NCBI GenBank assembly: GCA_000004985.1
Contig: GG738858.1
Reading direction: 5' to 3' (one strand)
Origin: Naegleria gruberi
Taxonomy: Eukaryota
Length of the DNA stretch: 64,000 nt
Both the position numbers and the translations under genes were made by a program. The notes under the pieces were generated by a model, which saw only the letters and a program-made list of their open reading frames with translations, made no database searches and was not told the origin of the DNA. Positions 53,575 to 63,576 of the stretch are shown here, piece after piece; the stretch's first letter is position 1; the number at the start of each line of letters is the position of its first letter.

Positions 53575-54296
53575 GTGTTGAAATAAAACAAGAGTCTTTA
53601 AAAGAATGTAGCAGATGTACTGGCACCTATATAACGTGAATTGGTATTTATCACCAACCCTCTACAACATAGACACGAAATTCTATTGATCGTCGGGAAC
53701 GGGTCGAGCTGTCTTTTAGGACCTAACTAGACCAGCAATAGAAGATCTTGATATCGGTTTAATACCTGGGTTATTTTACACCCTGAAGTTTTGTCTTCAA
53801 TAAATTCAACAATAAATTGTGGTTTGCTCTCATTTTCCATTATCTTGTGTTTAATCACTTGAATGAAAACCAAGCAAGGTGCTAAGAGTTTGGTGAATAA
53901 ACGTCTAGAATATGTGAAAAAATACTATATTATTTAAATCAATGAACAATATCTTACTATCTTATTTAAAAGTTTAAATCAATAAATAAGATTTCATTAT
54001 TTTGTTTTGGAAAAATAGCTCAAAAATATTGGCAACACAATCAACAAATTCTTAGAGTTTTCACATCTTAAGATGTAACTCCAAGAAATTTTCATCATCA
54101 TGTGAATAATAGTAATTTTTGGAATTAATCCTTCGCCATGATTTGGAAATTATTTTATTATTCAAGTTGGTAAACCATCATCGGAACAACTACCAATCAT
54201 CACCATGTAATAATATTATTTGTGGAAAAATCTGAAAATAGTGAAATTCAATATTTTCACTAAAATCATCATTACCAGATTCATATAATAATTGAA

Positions 54297-54740
54297 TTAG
54301 TGAAATCTCGGATTTCCATACCTTTCAAAAGCTACCTTCACAGCAACAACCTTTCCTTGATCTAACTTGTACAAACAAGGATAAATTCCATCTCCAATTG
54401 CAGTGGAAGAGTAAACACCAAATGGAAACATGGTGCAATCATCATTTTGGTTTTCAGTCTTGATTTGCAGAATTGCATCCTTCCACTCTAAACTTTCTTG
54501 ATTGGTATTCTTGAACAAATTATTATCTTCATACTTGTCTCCATCAATAAATCCAATTCCATGATCCAAACCTACAATTGCAGAAACATGCCAACCATGC
54601 TTGATTTCCATGTCAAAATTATCAAAATCCTCATCAAATATATGTCCAGGAGTTTCCCAATCAGTTCTGATGTTAGAATTGTCCAAACTATGTTCATAAT
54701 TGTAAATTAAAACTTGTCTGACACCACCTGATAATTTCAA
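54297..54740 (-). CDS. Hypothetical protein (GDGIYP motif; possibly DUF4241-like)
   Basis: The track start is TTG. It abuts 54737..56425 in another frame. It may be a separate small gene or the frameshifted tail of the upstream ORF. Confidence 0.3.
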   Translation of the reverse strand: MKLSGGVRQVLIYNYEHSLDNSNIRTDWETPGHIFDEDFDNFDMEIKHGWHVSAIVGLDHGIGFIDGDKYEDNNLFKNTNQESLEWKDAILQIKTENQNDDCTMFPFGVYSSTAIGDGIYPCLYKLDQGKVVAVKVAFERYGNPRFH

Positions 54741-56425
54741 TTGCTTAACTTTCCAATTCCATTTTTAACATTCTCAATGAGTGAACTTTCTGAATCTCTA
54801 TCTGTTGTGAAATCGATGACCTTAATCTTACCAGATTCGATCAACAATTCCTCTCGTTTCATGTTGATAATCCACTCATCCTTCAAATCAACTCTTGGTT
54901 TTTGTGGCAAATCATTTCCACTTCTTGGTTCAACAATTCCAAAAGCTTCTTCATTCTTTTTGGTAAAGAACCTATTTGGATTTTGTGGCAACTTTTCAAT
55001 TCGATACGAATGATATTTGTTTGAATAGACTGCAACGTGAACTTTACCATCAATAACATCCAAAACATATCCAAATTCATACTCATTATTTCCTCTATAA
55101 ATTGGAGCTCCTAAATGATTGGAAAACTCCTTCACGTCAATTTCTTGATAATTTTCACTACACAATTCTGGAAACATTTCTTTACATTTGATTCCACAAA
55201 CGATTTGAAAATCACACATTCTTGCACTCTCCTTAATTTTGTAAATATGTTCTCCTCTAAAGTTTCTAGCACTGCTAATTTCCTTCTTGGTGAGAAGTGA
55301 AATTTTCGGATGACTTTCCATTTGGTGAGTTTTAAAAGCAAATTCCTTTTGAATTTCTTCCTTACTCCAATAAGGGAGCCACTTGATTGAATTTAAATCA
55401 ACCTTAACTACTTCTTCACATTTCAAATCAATATAGAATAGACATGACTTTAAATCTTCACTCCACAATATTGTTGTGTCTCCATTTTTTCCATAATAAG
55501 AAGTTGCTGATTTCTGATACTTTCCTTCGTGAATATTAGAAAGAGAACCAGGTCTATAACAATAAACTTGTTCTGAACCAAAGAAAATGATTCCAGAATT
55601 TTGTGTTGGAATAATTGAGTTAGGAATAATATCATTAATCCATGGTAAGTGATTGTCGGCTTTCAAAGATTTCATATCCTTATCAAAGAATATTTCAATT
55701 AATCTATGATCTGCTGAAAAGAATGATCTAACAGAATTACCTTCCTTATACGGAATATTCGAATGTGATTCGGAATATGTTGAGCTTGATTCAAAACTAA
55801 AAAACATGCTTTCGTCTGATAGAGCAAACTGTTCGAAATCTCTTGTTTCTCTATTGAAAAGGAAAAAGTTACAACCATAGAATAAACCATTCAATGAATA
55901 TTTTCTATCCGAAACATCCTCACATGGAATATAACAGTGAAACAATTGCTTTAGAATTTTTCGATCGAGAGTTATACTCTTCTGAGGTTGCTTACCAGAT
56001 AAATCAACCAATTGATAAATATAATCCTTCTCTGATGTTGGTGTGGCCATGAGAACGTGGCCATCGAAAATTCCCACAAAATGATCAAATTCTAAAGTAG
56101 GTTTGGACAATGGTTCGATATTCCTATCCTTCATCATGGACAATTTTCCATCAATCATCATAACTGCACTAACAACCTTCGGATCCAACACATTTCTCTC
56201 TGTGTCCATGCAAATAGATGGATTTTCCTCGCATTTTACAATCTTCCATTCCTTCAGAATTTTGGAAGAGCCAACCTCGATGAGGGTACTCATCTTACGA
56301 TATCTCTTCATCAGAAAGTAGGATGAACAGTATGGGAGTGCCACATTGGGATGAGACACATCGTAGGACATTTTTTTTAATGTGGATCTGTCAACTCCTG
56401 AATTACCATAATTATTAAGTCTCAT
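54737..56425 (-). CDS. Hypothetical 562-aa protein
   Basis: ATG confirmed at 56425. A long clean ORF with no domain recognized. Confidence 0.45.
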   Translation of the reverse strand: MRLNNYGNSGVDRSTLKKMSYDVSHPNVALPYCSSYFLMKRYRKMSTLIEVGSSKILKEWKIVKCEENPSICMDTERNVLDPKVVSAVMMIDGKLSMMKDRNIEPLSKPTLEFDHFVGIFDGHVLMATPTSEKDYIYQLVDLSGKQPQKSITLDRKILKQLFHCYIPCEDVSDRKYSLNGLFYGCNFFLFNRETRDFEQFALSDESMFFSFESSSTYSESHSNIPYKEGNSVRSFFSADHRLIEIFFDKDMKSLKADNHLPWINDIIPNSIIPTQNSGIIFFGSEQVYCYRPGSLSNIHEGKYQKSATSYYGKNGDTTILWSEDLKSCLFYIDLKCEEVVKVDLNSIKWLPYWSKEEIQKEFAFKTHQMESHPKISLLTKKEISSARNFRGEHIYKIKESARMCDFQIVCGIKCKEMFPELCSENYQEIDVKEFSNHLGAPIYRGNNEYEFGYVLDVIDGKVHVAVYSNKYHSYRIEKLPQNPNRFFTKKNEEAFGIVEPRSGNDLPQKPRVDLKDEWIINMKREELLIESGKIKVIDFTTDRDSESSLIENVKNGIGKLSN

Positions 56426-56455
56426 GAGTTGATTTTAGCCATCAATATTCCTTGG

Positions 56456-59400
56456 TCAAACTTCTAATAAACTGTTAAAATCAATTGCCCTTCGGAATAT
56501 CTTGGAACCACTTTCAACAATTCTATTATTCTTATTCATTCGTTTTAGGAATTCAGTATTGTATCTTAATGAATAGTGAGCGTAACAAAGTGCTTCAATA
56601 TTGATATCCATTGCCTTTTCAATAAAATCTTCATCGGAAATAATTTCATAGGATGCAAGTTTAAGTGAAGTAACATCACTTTGTACAGCTTTCAATACTA
56701 TTTCAGGATCGTTTCTCATATCAAATGATGCATAACAGAAAGAATTAAACGATTTCCCCTGACCAGAAGCATACATTACACACTCCTTATCCCCAAGGAA
56801 TTTGTTGGATGCATACTGAAGTGCTTCTTCATGGTTTTGAACACATTTCAGGACGACATTTCTGTTATATGCAAACTTATGAGGCACATACTGTAAAACC
56901 TTTCCGTTAACTCCAGCACATTCTAAAATAAACTCTTCCTCATGCTGTAACTCTTCACTGGCAAACAGGAATGCAATAGCATCAGATTTGATAGCTTTTA
57001 ACATAATTTCTCTATCATTTTTGAATTCATGTTTCAACTCGTTAGACAAGTACATAATTGATCGACCATTAAGTTCCAGTGATTTTAAAGCAATTTCTCT
57101 GTCTTCCCTTAATGTAATTGGTATAAAAAGTATATCAAATTGCTTAGGTTCAATTTCTAAAATAAAGGTCCTATCTAGTCTAAGTCTATTCGAAACATAC
57201 ATAAGATTCATCATCCTAGCATTAACAGCTAAAAGGGCAAATTGTCTATCATCTCTAAAAGTATAATCAAATTCATTAAGAGACTTAATACTTAATGCTA
57301 TGGCAGCCATTTCCTTATTGAGAGGAAATGGGATGTTGAGATGTGGCGGTAACCATTTTCTTAACGCTTCCAACACTTCTCCATCACTTTTCATTTCTCC
57401 AGAGGCATAGCGATAACAGCTTGCTGAATATTTTAATCCTGTTAAAATTAATTCCTTGTCATTTTGCAAATCTTCTGATAGGTAGTTACATCCATGACGA
57501 ATTGCATTTAGAGCAATTTCTCTATCATTTCGCAAATATTTTGGAATATATTGAATCAAATAACCATTAATCCTAGTTAACTTCCTAATAAAATCAATAT
57601 TGTTCCTTAATCTTTCAGACACGTACTCGAAAGATGAAGCATTCTCTGAGAATGCAATTGCTTGCACTATTTCCTCCTCATCTCTGTATTCTTCTGGAAC
57701 ATATTTCAGAGGATGAGTATCATATCTGCAAGCTTCATAAACTATTTCTCTATCTAATTCTGATTCATTGATATTTCTTAAGCTCAATCCGTTTCGTACT
57801 GCAACGATTAACAATTCTCTGTCTTGTTGGAGAGAATGACTGGCGTATTTCAAGTTATTTCCATCTAATTGGACAGCCTCTAATACTATGTCTCTGTCTT
57901 GTTTGTATTCTTGTGGTATTTCTTCAATACTTCCAATTCTTCTTACGTATTCTAATATTAAATCTCTATCTTCCTTCAGACTATATCCCAAAAAGTCAGA
58001 TATATTTGACATTGAATTTCTAATTGCTTTTACAACAAAGTCTCTCGAATTTTTCCAAGATTCAGGAGCATACTCAAAGTAGCATCCGTCTCTACCTATT
58101 AAAAACTCTAGTATCTCCTTATCTGTTTTTAATTCTTCTGATGCATAATTATAATTACCAGTATCATATAAAAGTGCTTCCTGTAACAATGACTTATCAT
58201 TTTGCAATTCCGCTGATGCAAACTTTAGAGCTCCGTAATGTTCTTTTATCGCCAACCTGATTATTTCTCGGTCATTTCTTAACTCGTCGTTCAACGATTC
58301 TAAAATTTTACGATCTTGTAATATATAGTCCAATACTAGTTGTCTACTGTTTTTTAGTTCGCCCTTGCAATGTTCTAAGCATACAGGATCTATTCTAATA
58401 ATTCTCAACTGTCTTTCCTCATTAAGAGAATTGAAATAATCTTTAGAAGTCCACATTGCTGAACTATACTGACATTGAATATCAATTAGTTCATCAACAA
58501 AATCACTATGATTAACTAGAGACGAACCACCATAATCAAGAAAGCTTAATGAATTACCTGCTCCTGAAATGCATTCTAGAACGAATTCACGGTCATGAAT
58601 TAATTCTCGAGCGATTCTACTGGAGAATGCGCTAGAATTAACAGAAGAACCAAGCAATACAAGTTCCTTCACAAAACTTCTATCACTACAGAAGTAACCA
58701 TGATCCACATAATACAAAGCCATTCCATTAGATTTTACAGCCTCCATAACAATCTCTTTGTCTTTCTTCAGTTCTTTTGAAACATCCTTCAAACTGTCTC
58801 CTTTCATTTTTACAATTTGTAAAACAAACTCTCTGTCTGATCTTAATTTTTCAGACGCATACGAAAATGAAAACCCTGAATTTTTAGCAGCTAGTAAAAT
58901 AACCTCTTTGTCATTGGAAAATGTTGGAGCATGCTGGAGAACACACGAATATTTAGAATTCTTGATAGCTTCCATCACTATTTCTCTATCTTTTAAATGT
59001 TCTGGAACATACTCGATAACCAAACCATCTTGTTTCACTGCTTCCAACACAATATCTCTAGAATTTTTCAATTGGGATGAAGCAAATTTTAAACATTTTG
59101 GTTGTTGTTTGATAGCTAATTTCATTAATTCATCATCATTATGAAATTCTGGGAGATGTTCAAATAAAATTTCCTCATCATAATATAAGTTTGATTTCAA
59201 TTTTAACACTTTCAAGATAAATTCTCTTTGGCTTTTCAATTTCTTACCAACAAATTTAATTGCCGAATAATGTTCTCGAAGTGCTACCAAAGCAACAGTT
59301 TCATCATTTTGCAAATCCTCTGATGCATATTCTAATAATTGTCCTTCAATTTTAAGAGTTTTTAAAAAGGCTAATTTGCAATCATTGTCAGGAAATGGAT

Positions 59401-59626
59401 GATCTTGAATATATTCACAAGCTGGAATGTTCTTTCTCTTCTTAAATTGTTGTACATGTTCATAAATCTTGTTGTTTTTAGAAACCCGTTCCTTGCAGAC
59501 TGCCGAAAAATGGTTTGCAAGTAAAATAAAACTCAGAGTTTCGGATGCTGAATTGTTAAATACGACCTGATGGTCATTGGAAGGCAAAAAATTTATCAGC
59601 AAATCTGAGAATGAATCTTTCACCAT
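56456..59626 (-). CDS. 1056-aa protein built of ~21 tandem ~48-aa repeats (DUF4116-like: D(R/K)E(I/F)VL.AV(K/R).(N/D)G.AL.YAS.EL(K/R).D)
   Basis: ATG at 59626. Example repeat units: DREIVLEAVKQDGLVIEYVPEHLKDREIVMEAIKNSKYS... and DREFVLQIVKMKGDSLKDVSKELKKDKEIVMEAVKSNGMALYYV... Confidence 0.55.
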   Translation of the reverse strand: MVKDSFSDLLINFLPSNDHQVVFNNSASETLSFILLANHFSAVCKERVSKNNKIYEHVQQFKKRKNIPACEYIQDHPFPDNDCKLAFLKTLKIEGQLLEYASEDLQNDETVALVALREHYSAIKFVGKKLKSQREFILKVLKLKSNLYYDEEILFEHLPEFHNDDELMKLAIKQQPKCLKFASSQLKNSRDIVLEAVKQDGLVIEYVPEHLKDREIVMEAIKNSKYSCVLQHAPTFSNDKEVILLAAKNSGFSFSYASEKLRSDREFVLQIVKMKGDSLKDVSKELKKDKEIVMEAVKSNGMALYYVDHGYFCSDRSFVKELVLLGSSVNSSAFSSRIARELIHDREFVLECISGAGNSLSFLDYGGSSLVNHSDFVDELIDIQCQYSSAMWTSKDYFNSLNEERQLRIIRIDPVCLEHCKGELKNSRQLVLDYILQDRKILESLNDELRNDREIIRLAIKEHYGALKFASAELQNDKSLLQEALLYDTGNYNYASEELKTDKEILEFLIGRDGCYFEYAPESWKNSRDFVVKAIRNSMSNISDFLGYSLKEDRDLILEYVRRIGSIEEIPQEYKQDRDIVLEAVQLDGNNLKYASHSLQQDRELLIVAVRNGLSLRNINESELDREIVYEACRYDTHPLKYVPEEYRDEEEIVQAIAFSENASSFEYVSERLRNNIDFIRKLTRINGYLIQYIPKYLRNDREIALNAIRHGCNYLSEDLQNDKELILTGLKYSASCYRYASGEMKSDGEVLEALRKWLPPHLNIPFPLNKEMAAIALSIKSLNEFDYTFRDDRQFALLAVNARMMNLMYVSNRLRLDRTFILEIEPKQFDILFIPITLREDREIALKSLELNGRSIMYLSNELKHEFKNDREIMLKAIKSDAIAFLFASEELQHEEEFILECAGVNGKVLQYVPHKFAYNRNVVLKCVQNHEEALQYASNKFLGDKECVMYASGQGKSFNSFCYASFDMRNDPEIVLKAVQSDVTSLKLASYEIISDEDFIEKAMDINIEALCYAHYSLRYNTEFLKRMNKNNRIVESGSKIFRRAIDFNSLLEV

Positions 59627-59715
59627 TTTTTTTGTAAAATTGCTAAAAATAAGTTTTCTAATTAGAAATAATTGTTATTGCTTTTGGTCATATCATCATT
59701 AGATCATTAAATTGT

Positions 59716-60714
59716 TTACAAATTGGAGTGAGATTCTGTTTGAAATTCTAGAGTTGTGAGAACAGGTTGGTGATCGCTTGCATTCATCTCATAGCCATCA
59801 ATGACTTTACAATCCAAACATTTGAAAAATTGTTTCGAATAGACACAATGATCCAATCTCTTGTGCCACCAATAAGTGTATAATCCCCATACGAATTTGA
59901 GAGGCCATCTGTGAGTTTCTCTATTTTGTGGAACAAATTCGTTAAGGGCATCTTGAAATAGATTTGATAATTTCAAAAATTCACACGATGGATCATTGTC
60001 ATGCTCGTTGTAATCTCCAAGGATAACTATTGGACAAGTGGTATTTCCGAATGAAATAATTCCAATTCCCTCTAAATAATTGTATAGATATTTGATTTCA
60101 TTCAAGCGATAGACATTTGTCATTCGAGCTGTCCACAAACTTGCAGATCCATCATCATTCAAAGGAGGTCTCAAATGTACATTTACCAACAGTACTTGTT
60201 TCACATTTCCTGTTGTCTTCTCAGGTACCTTTACTGTTATCAAATGCATTGGAAACCAACTCCCATCCACAACTTTCTTTCCATATTGATCCTTGGCATT
60301 TGTCGCAAGAGTTATTTGAGAATTTTCCAAAAATTCATACTTGCTCAGAAAGGCCATCCCTCCAGCTGCACCATGATTATAAAAAACATAATGTGGATAG
60401 AGTGAAATCAATGATTGTTCCTCCTTGAATTTTTCATCTAAATTTCCATTTAAATTTTGATCCAAATTTCTAACGTCCTTCCATTTAATTTGTTTAAAAG
60501 CACTTTCATATCCAGCATGTGTCTCCTGTAGACAAATTACATCAGCCTCCGATCGGAAGAGTGCATGAAATACAAATAATGCATTTGATTCTAATTTGGA
60601 TTTGGTGGCATAGACGAAATTGACATTGTAATTTAGAATTTTTAGATAGGAAGAAGCAACATTTGATGAAGATCCTCCGTGAGTGTGAATAGTTGATCTT
60701 TTGTTATCACTCAT
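59716..60714 (-). CDS. Endonuclease/exonuclease/phosphatase (EEP) superfamily protein
   Basis: ATG at 60714. The EEP motifs are VICLQE and a C-terminal SDHQPV. Confidence 0.65.
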   Translation of the reverse strand: MSDNKRSTIHTHGGSSSNVASSYLKILNYNVNFVYATKSKLESNALFVFHALFRSEADVICLQETHAGYESAFKQIKWKDVRNLDQNLNGNLDEKFKEEQSLISLYPHYVFYNHGAAGGMAFLSKYEFLENSQITLATNAKDQYGKKVVDGSWFPMHLITVKVPEKTTGNVKQVLLVNVHLRPPLNDDGSASLWTARMTNVYRLNEIKYLYNYLEGIGIISFGNTTCPIVILGDYNEHDNDPSCEFLKLSNLFQDALNEFVPQNRETHRWPLKFVWGLYTYWWHKRLDHCVYSKQFFKCLDCKVIDGYEMNASDHQPVLTTLEFQTESHSNL

Positions 60715-60778
60715 TTTTTTTTATTGGATTGTTGTAAACTGTTCTATTGAACTCATTCTAAATAAAGAAGACAATAGC

Positions 60779-60800
60779 GTGACGTATTGAATTACGTCAC
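60779..60800. promoter_or_regulatory. Perfect palindrome GTGACGTA-N6-TACGTCAC (TGACGT/CRE-like half-sites), 65-85 bp upstream of the EEP gene ATG
   Basis: Read directly. It lies inside the spurious ORF 60828..61025. Confidence 0.35.
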
Positions 60801-61327
60801 CATAATTTGAAAGAAATTCTCATAGTATTATCGAACCTGTGTCCATGAAATAATAAGAATATGGAAGATTCGCAACAAGTGATCATTGCTAAAATAGATG
60901 TAAATAAGGCTCTTAAAATTGTCAAACTCGTAGTTTTCTCTGAAGAACAAGTGAATAGTACATTTTCTTCCCTTAATTTTTTTAAGGAGTAAATTTGTAA
61001 TTAAAACAAAACCAAAATTGTGCACAGGTTGTGATTATTGAACTAAATTGTTAAACTTTAAGATTCAGATTGATCGGGTGTGAATAGTTTAATTGGGAGA
61101 ACGTAGGCACTGTTTAGAATCTAAGGTGGTAGATCGAAGCTACCTTCACACTCTTTAAAATCCTTTTTAAATTTTAACCTTTTTGAATATTTCACTATCA
61201 ATTTTACCTTTCAAAGCGCTTTACAATATTTTCAGTCACTTCACCTTTTTCAAATTGAAACTTCACACAATTTCCAAACCAATTAAAGCGCGATATAGAA
61301 GAAATTCAGAGAAATAATCAAAAAAAA

Positions 61328-63457
61328 ATGTCGAAATCTCCTTCATCTGCTGTTAAACGTTTAATGAGAGATTGGAAGGAGGTTCTCGATTATCCATTAG
61401 AATATATCTATGCCCAACCATATCCAATTATGAATAATGGACAAGTAGAAGGATATGACATGTACAATTGGTTTGCAACATTGCTGGTTCCTGAGAGTGT
61501 TAGTACATGTACTGCAATTTCATTGACCTTAACTTTCAATGATAATTATCCAATTGTTCCACCAAATGTGAAATGTCTTTCCGTTATTGCCCATCCTCAT
61601 GTATTTGGTTCATATATTTGTTTAGACATGCTATCAGTTCCTTACAAGTATAACGGTACATGGGATTCCTGGTCTGCTTGGTCTTCCACATACTCTGTCT
61701 TATCCATTTTACTTCAATTAGAATCATTCTTGTTGGATAAGTATTTATATTCGAAATTTTCGGTTATCAAGAATGCAGAATATAAAGAACTCATTGAAAT
61801 GGGACATGATCCAAAGAATGCCAAGTTTTGGCCTTGGGCTCCGCATTGGGGCTCTATAAACTCTCAAATTCCAACAGCATTGAAATCATCTAATGAGATT
61901 GGAAACACTCAAATACTGAGAACAAAATCATCCAAAAGTAAGAAAATCAATATCAATGGTTCTTCCACTGCTACATTGGATGTTATTCAATCAGAGTGGA
62001 AAGGAGCTAGCAGCACATTGGAAGTTCTTTCCTCACTCAAATCAAACGATAATCAGTTCAAAGGAGAAAAATCGAGCAAAACGAATACTTCAATCGTTAT
62101 GATTAATGGAAAACCAATGGAAAAGATTACTAACACATTTGGTGAAGTAGTATTGACTCAAAATCAAGTAATGGAAAGTTTAAGACACAGAGCTAGCTTA
62201 TTGAATGTGAAACCTACTGAAATAGTTTCATATAAAGACTTGAAATTCAACCATCGATTGGATATTATGAAATTACCACCAGAAATTATCAGAGAAATAT
62301 TCAGTTATTTAGACTTTTCAGATTTGAAGAGTGGTGTGGAACAGACATGTCACTATTTGAAAGGTATTGCATCGAGCAAAGCAATCATTCAGGAACGGGA
62401 ATTAATATGTTTCCATTCAAAAGTCACATTTAAGGAAGATACTTTGGGAATTGGATTGAATGTTGAAGTTAAACCAAACGGTTACGTTGATAATATCAGT
62501 TCTCCAATGGACCTAGTCTCTAGAAATGCCTTTTACAATGATAATGCTGTAAAGAGTGCTTGGGGAATTGAAACCAAATTCTGGATTCCAATTTTTATCA
62601 ATAAGAAACATGCTGACTTTGAATTATTCAAATCAAGTGTGAAAGCCATTTACAATGCTCATCCTTCCATCACCAAGGAAAAGTCAAAGACTTACTCTGA
62701 TCTCTTCAATTCTCCAGAAGTCTACATTGATCTGATTTGCAAGATTATGAACTCAATGATAGTTGACCTCATGAAGGGTGAAGTACATGCCTCAATCAAG
62801 TATTTGCAAGGTTATTTGTATTTCCACAGATGGCTGCTATATATCTTGGAAATCTTCCCATTTACAACCAATGCCATTGAAAGAAAGGTCAAGAATTTCG
62901 TTAATCGCGAACATTTGAGAAACAAATATAATTGTCCAAACTTGGGTGAGTTCTTAATCTTGCTGTCAGTGCTGGGACCTGCAAATTTAAATTGGGATTC
63001 AGTCAAGTATGCCATTGTGGAAGAAACTTGCACTAGAAATGTGTTGTGGGCTGTTAAAATGTTTCCAGAATTGGCAAATCTTTCAATCGAGCAACCTAAA
63101 CGAATTGAAAAGACTTGGAAGGCAAATATGGTTTCTTGCAAATTGCTAATGTTCCACGTCTTTTTCTTAAAGACAGTAATTGAGAAGGAGCACGCAGGAA
63201 GATCTTTGGATGAAGTTGCCAGATTATATGATTTGAATTTTGGATTATCACCTGAAACTCAAGATGGACAAGATTTGGAAGAGTTGGTACAGGTTGCCAT
63301 TTTCAAGAATAATAATGCACAGGACTTTGAAGAATTCTTGGAATATGTGGGGTTGGATGAGCAGCTGAATAGTCGAGAAAAGATATTGACCTTTTTGGAA
63401 TATTGTGTGAAAACCTCTGAACAGAGAAGATACCACAAAGTTCCTCCAAATAAATAA
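61328..63457 (+). CDS. Ubiquitin-conjugating E2 (UBC fold, HPH-x-GxIC active site) fused to an F-box and a ~400-aa C-terminal region
   Basis: ATG at 61328. The N-terminal UBC fold has VKRLMRDWKE, IAHPHVFGSYICLDML (active-site Cys) and W-rich helices. The F-box-like motif is LDIMKLPPEIIREIFSYLDFSDLKSGVEQTCHYLKGIA at residues ~310-350. Confidence 0.6.
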   Translation: MSKSPSSAVKRLMRDWKEVLDYPLEYIYAQPYPIMNNGQVEGYDMYNWFATLLVPESVSTCTAISLTLTFNDNYPIVPPNVKCLSVIAHPHVFGSYICLDMLSVPYKYNGTWDSWSAWSSTYSVLSILLQLESFLLDKYLYSKFSVIKNAEYKELIEMGHDPKNAKFWPWAPHWGSINSQIPTALKSSNEIGNTQILRTKSSKSKKININGSSTATLDVIQSEWKGASSTLEVLSSLKSNDNQFKGEKSSKTNTSIVMINGKPMEKITNTFGEVVLTQNQVMESLRHRASLLNVKPTEIVSYKDLKFNHRLDIMKLPPEIIREIFSYLDFSDLKSGVEQTCHYLKGIASSKAIIQERELICFHSKVTFKEDTLGIGLNVEVKPNGYVDNISSPMDLVSRNAFYNDNAVKSAWGIETKFWIPIFINKKHADFELFKSSVKAIYNAHPSITKEKSKTYSDLFNSPEVYIDLICKIMNSMIVDLMKGEVHASIKYLQGYLYFHRWLLYILEIFPFTTNAIERKVKNFVNREHLRNKYNCPNLGEFLILLSVLGPANLNWDSVKYAIVEETCTRNVLWAVKMFPELANLSIEQPKRIEKTWKANMVSCKLLMFHVFFLKTVIEKEHAGRSLDEVARLYDLNFGLSPETQDGQDLEELVQVAIFKNNNAQDFEEFLEYVGLDEQLNSREKILTFLEYCVKTSEQRRYHKVPPNK

Positions 63458-63576
63458 GGTCTTTATCAATAAATCCAAATATTTTCCTCTTGTGTCACAA
63501 TTCAAACTTCATTCTAATCAATACTACCATTCTCAAATTATTATTATTCATATAACAGTTCTTCTGAAGGAATAAA

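Noticed and set aside
54737-54760. Splice joining 54737..56425 to 54297..54740
   Set aside because: The only candidate donor/acceptor pair (gttaag...tatcag) would give a 22-nt intron, far below the 39-nt minimum observed here. They were left as separate ORFs.
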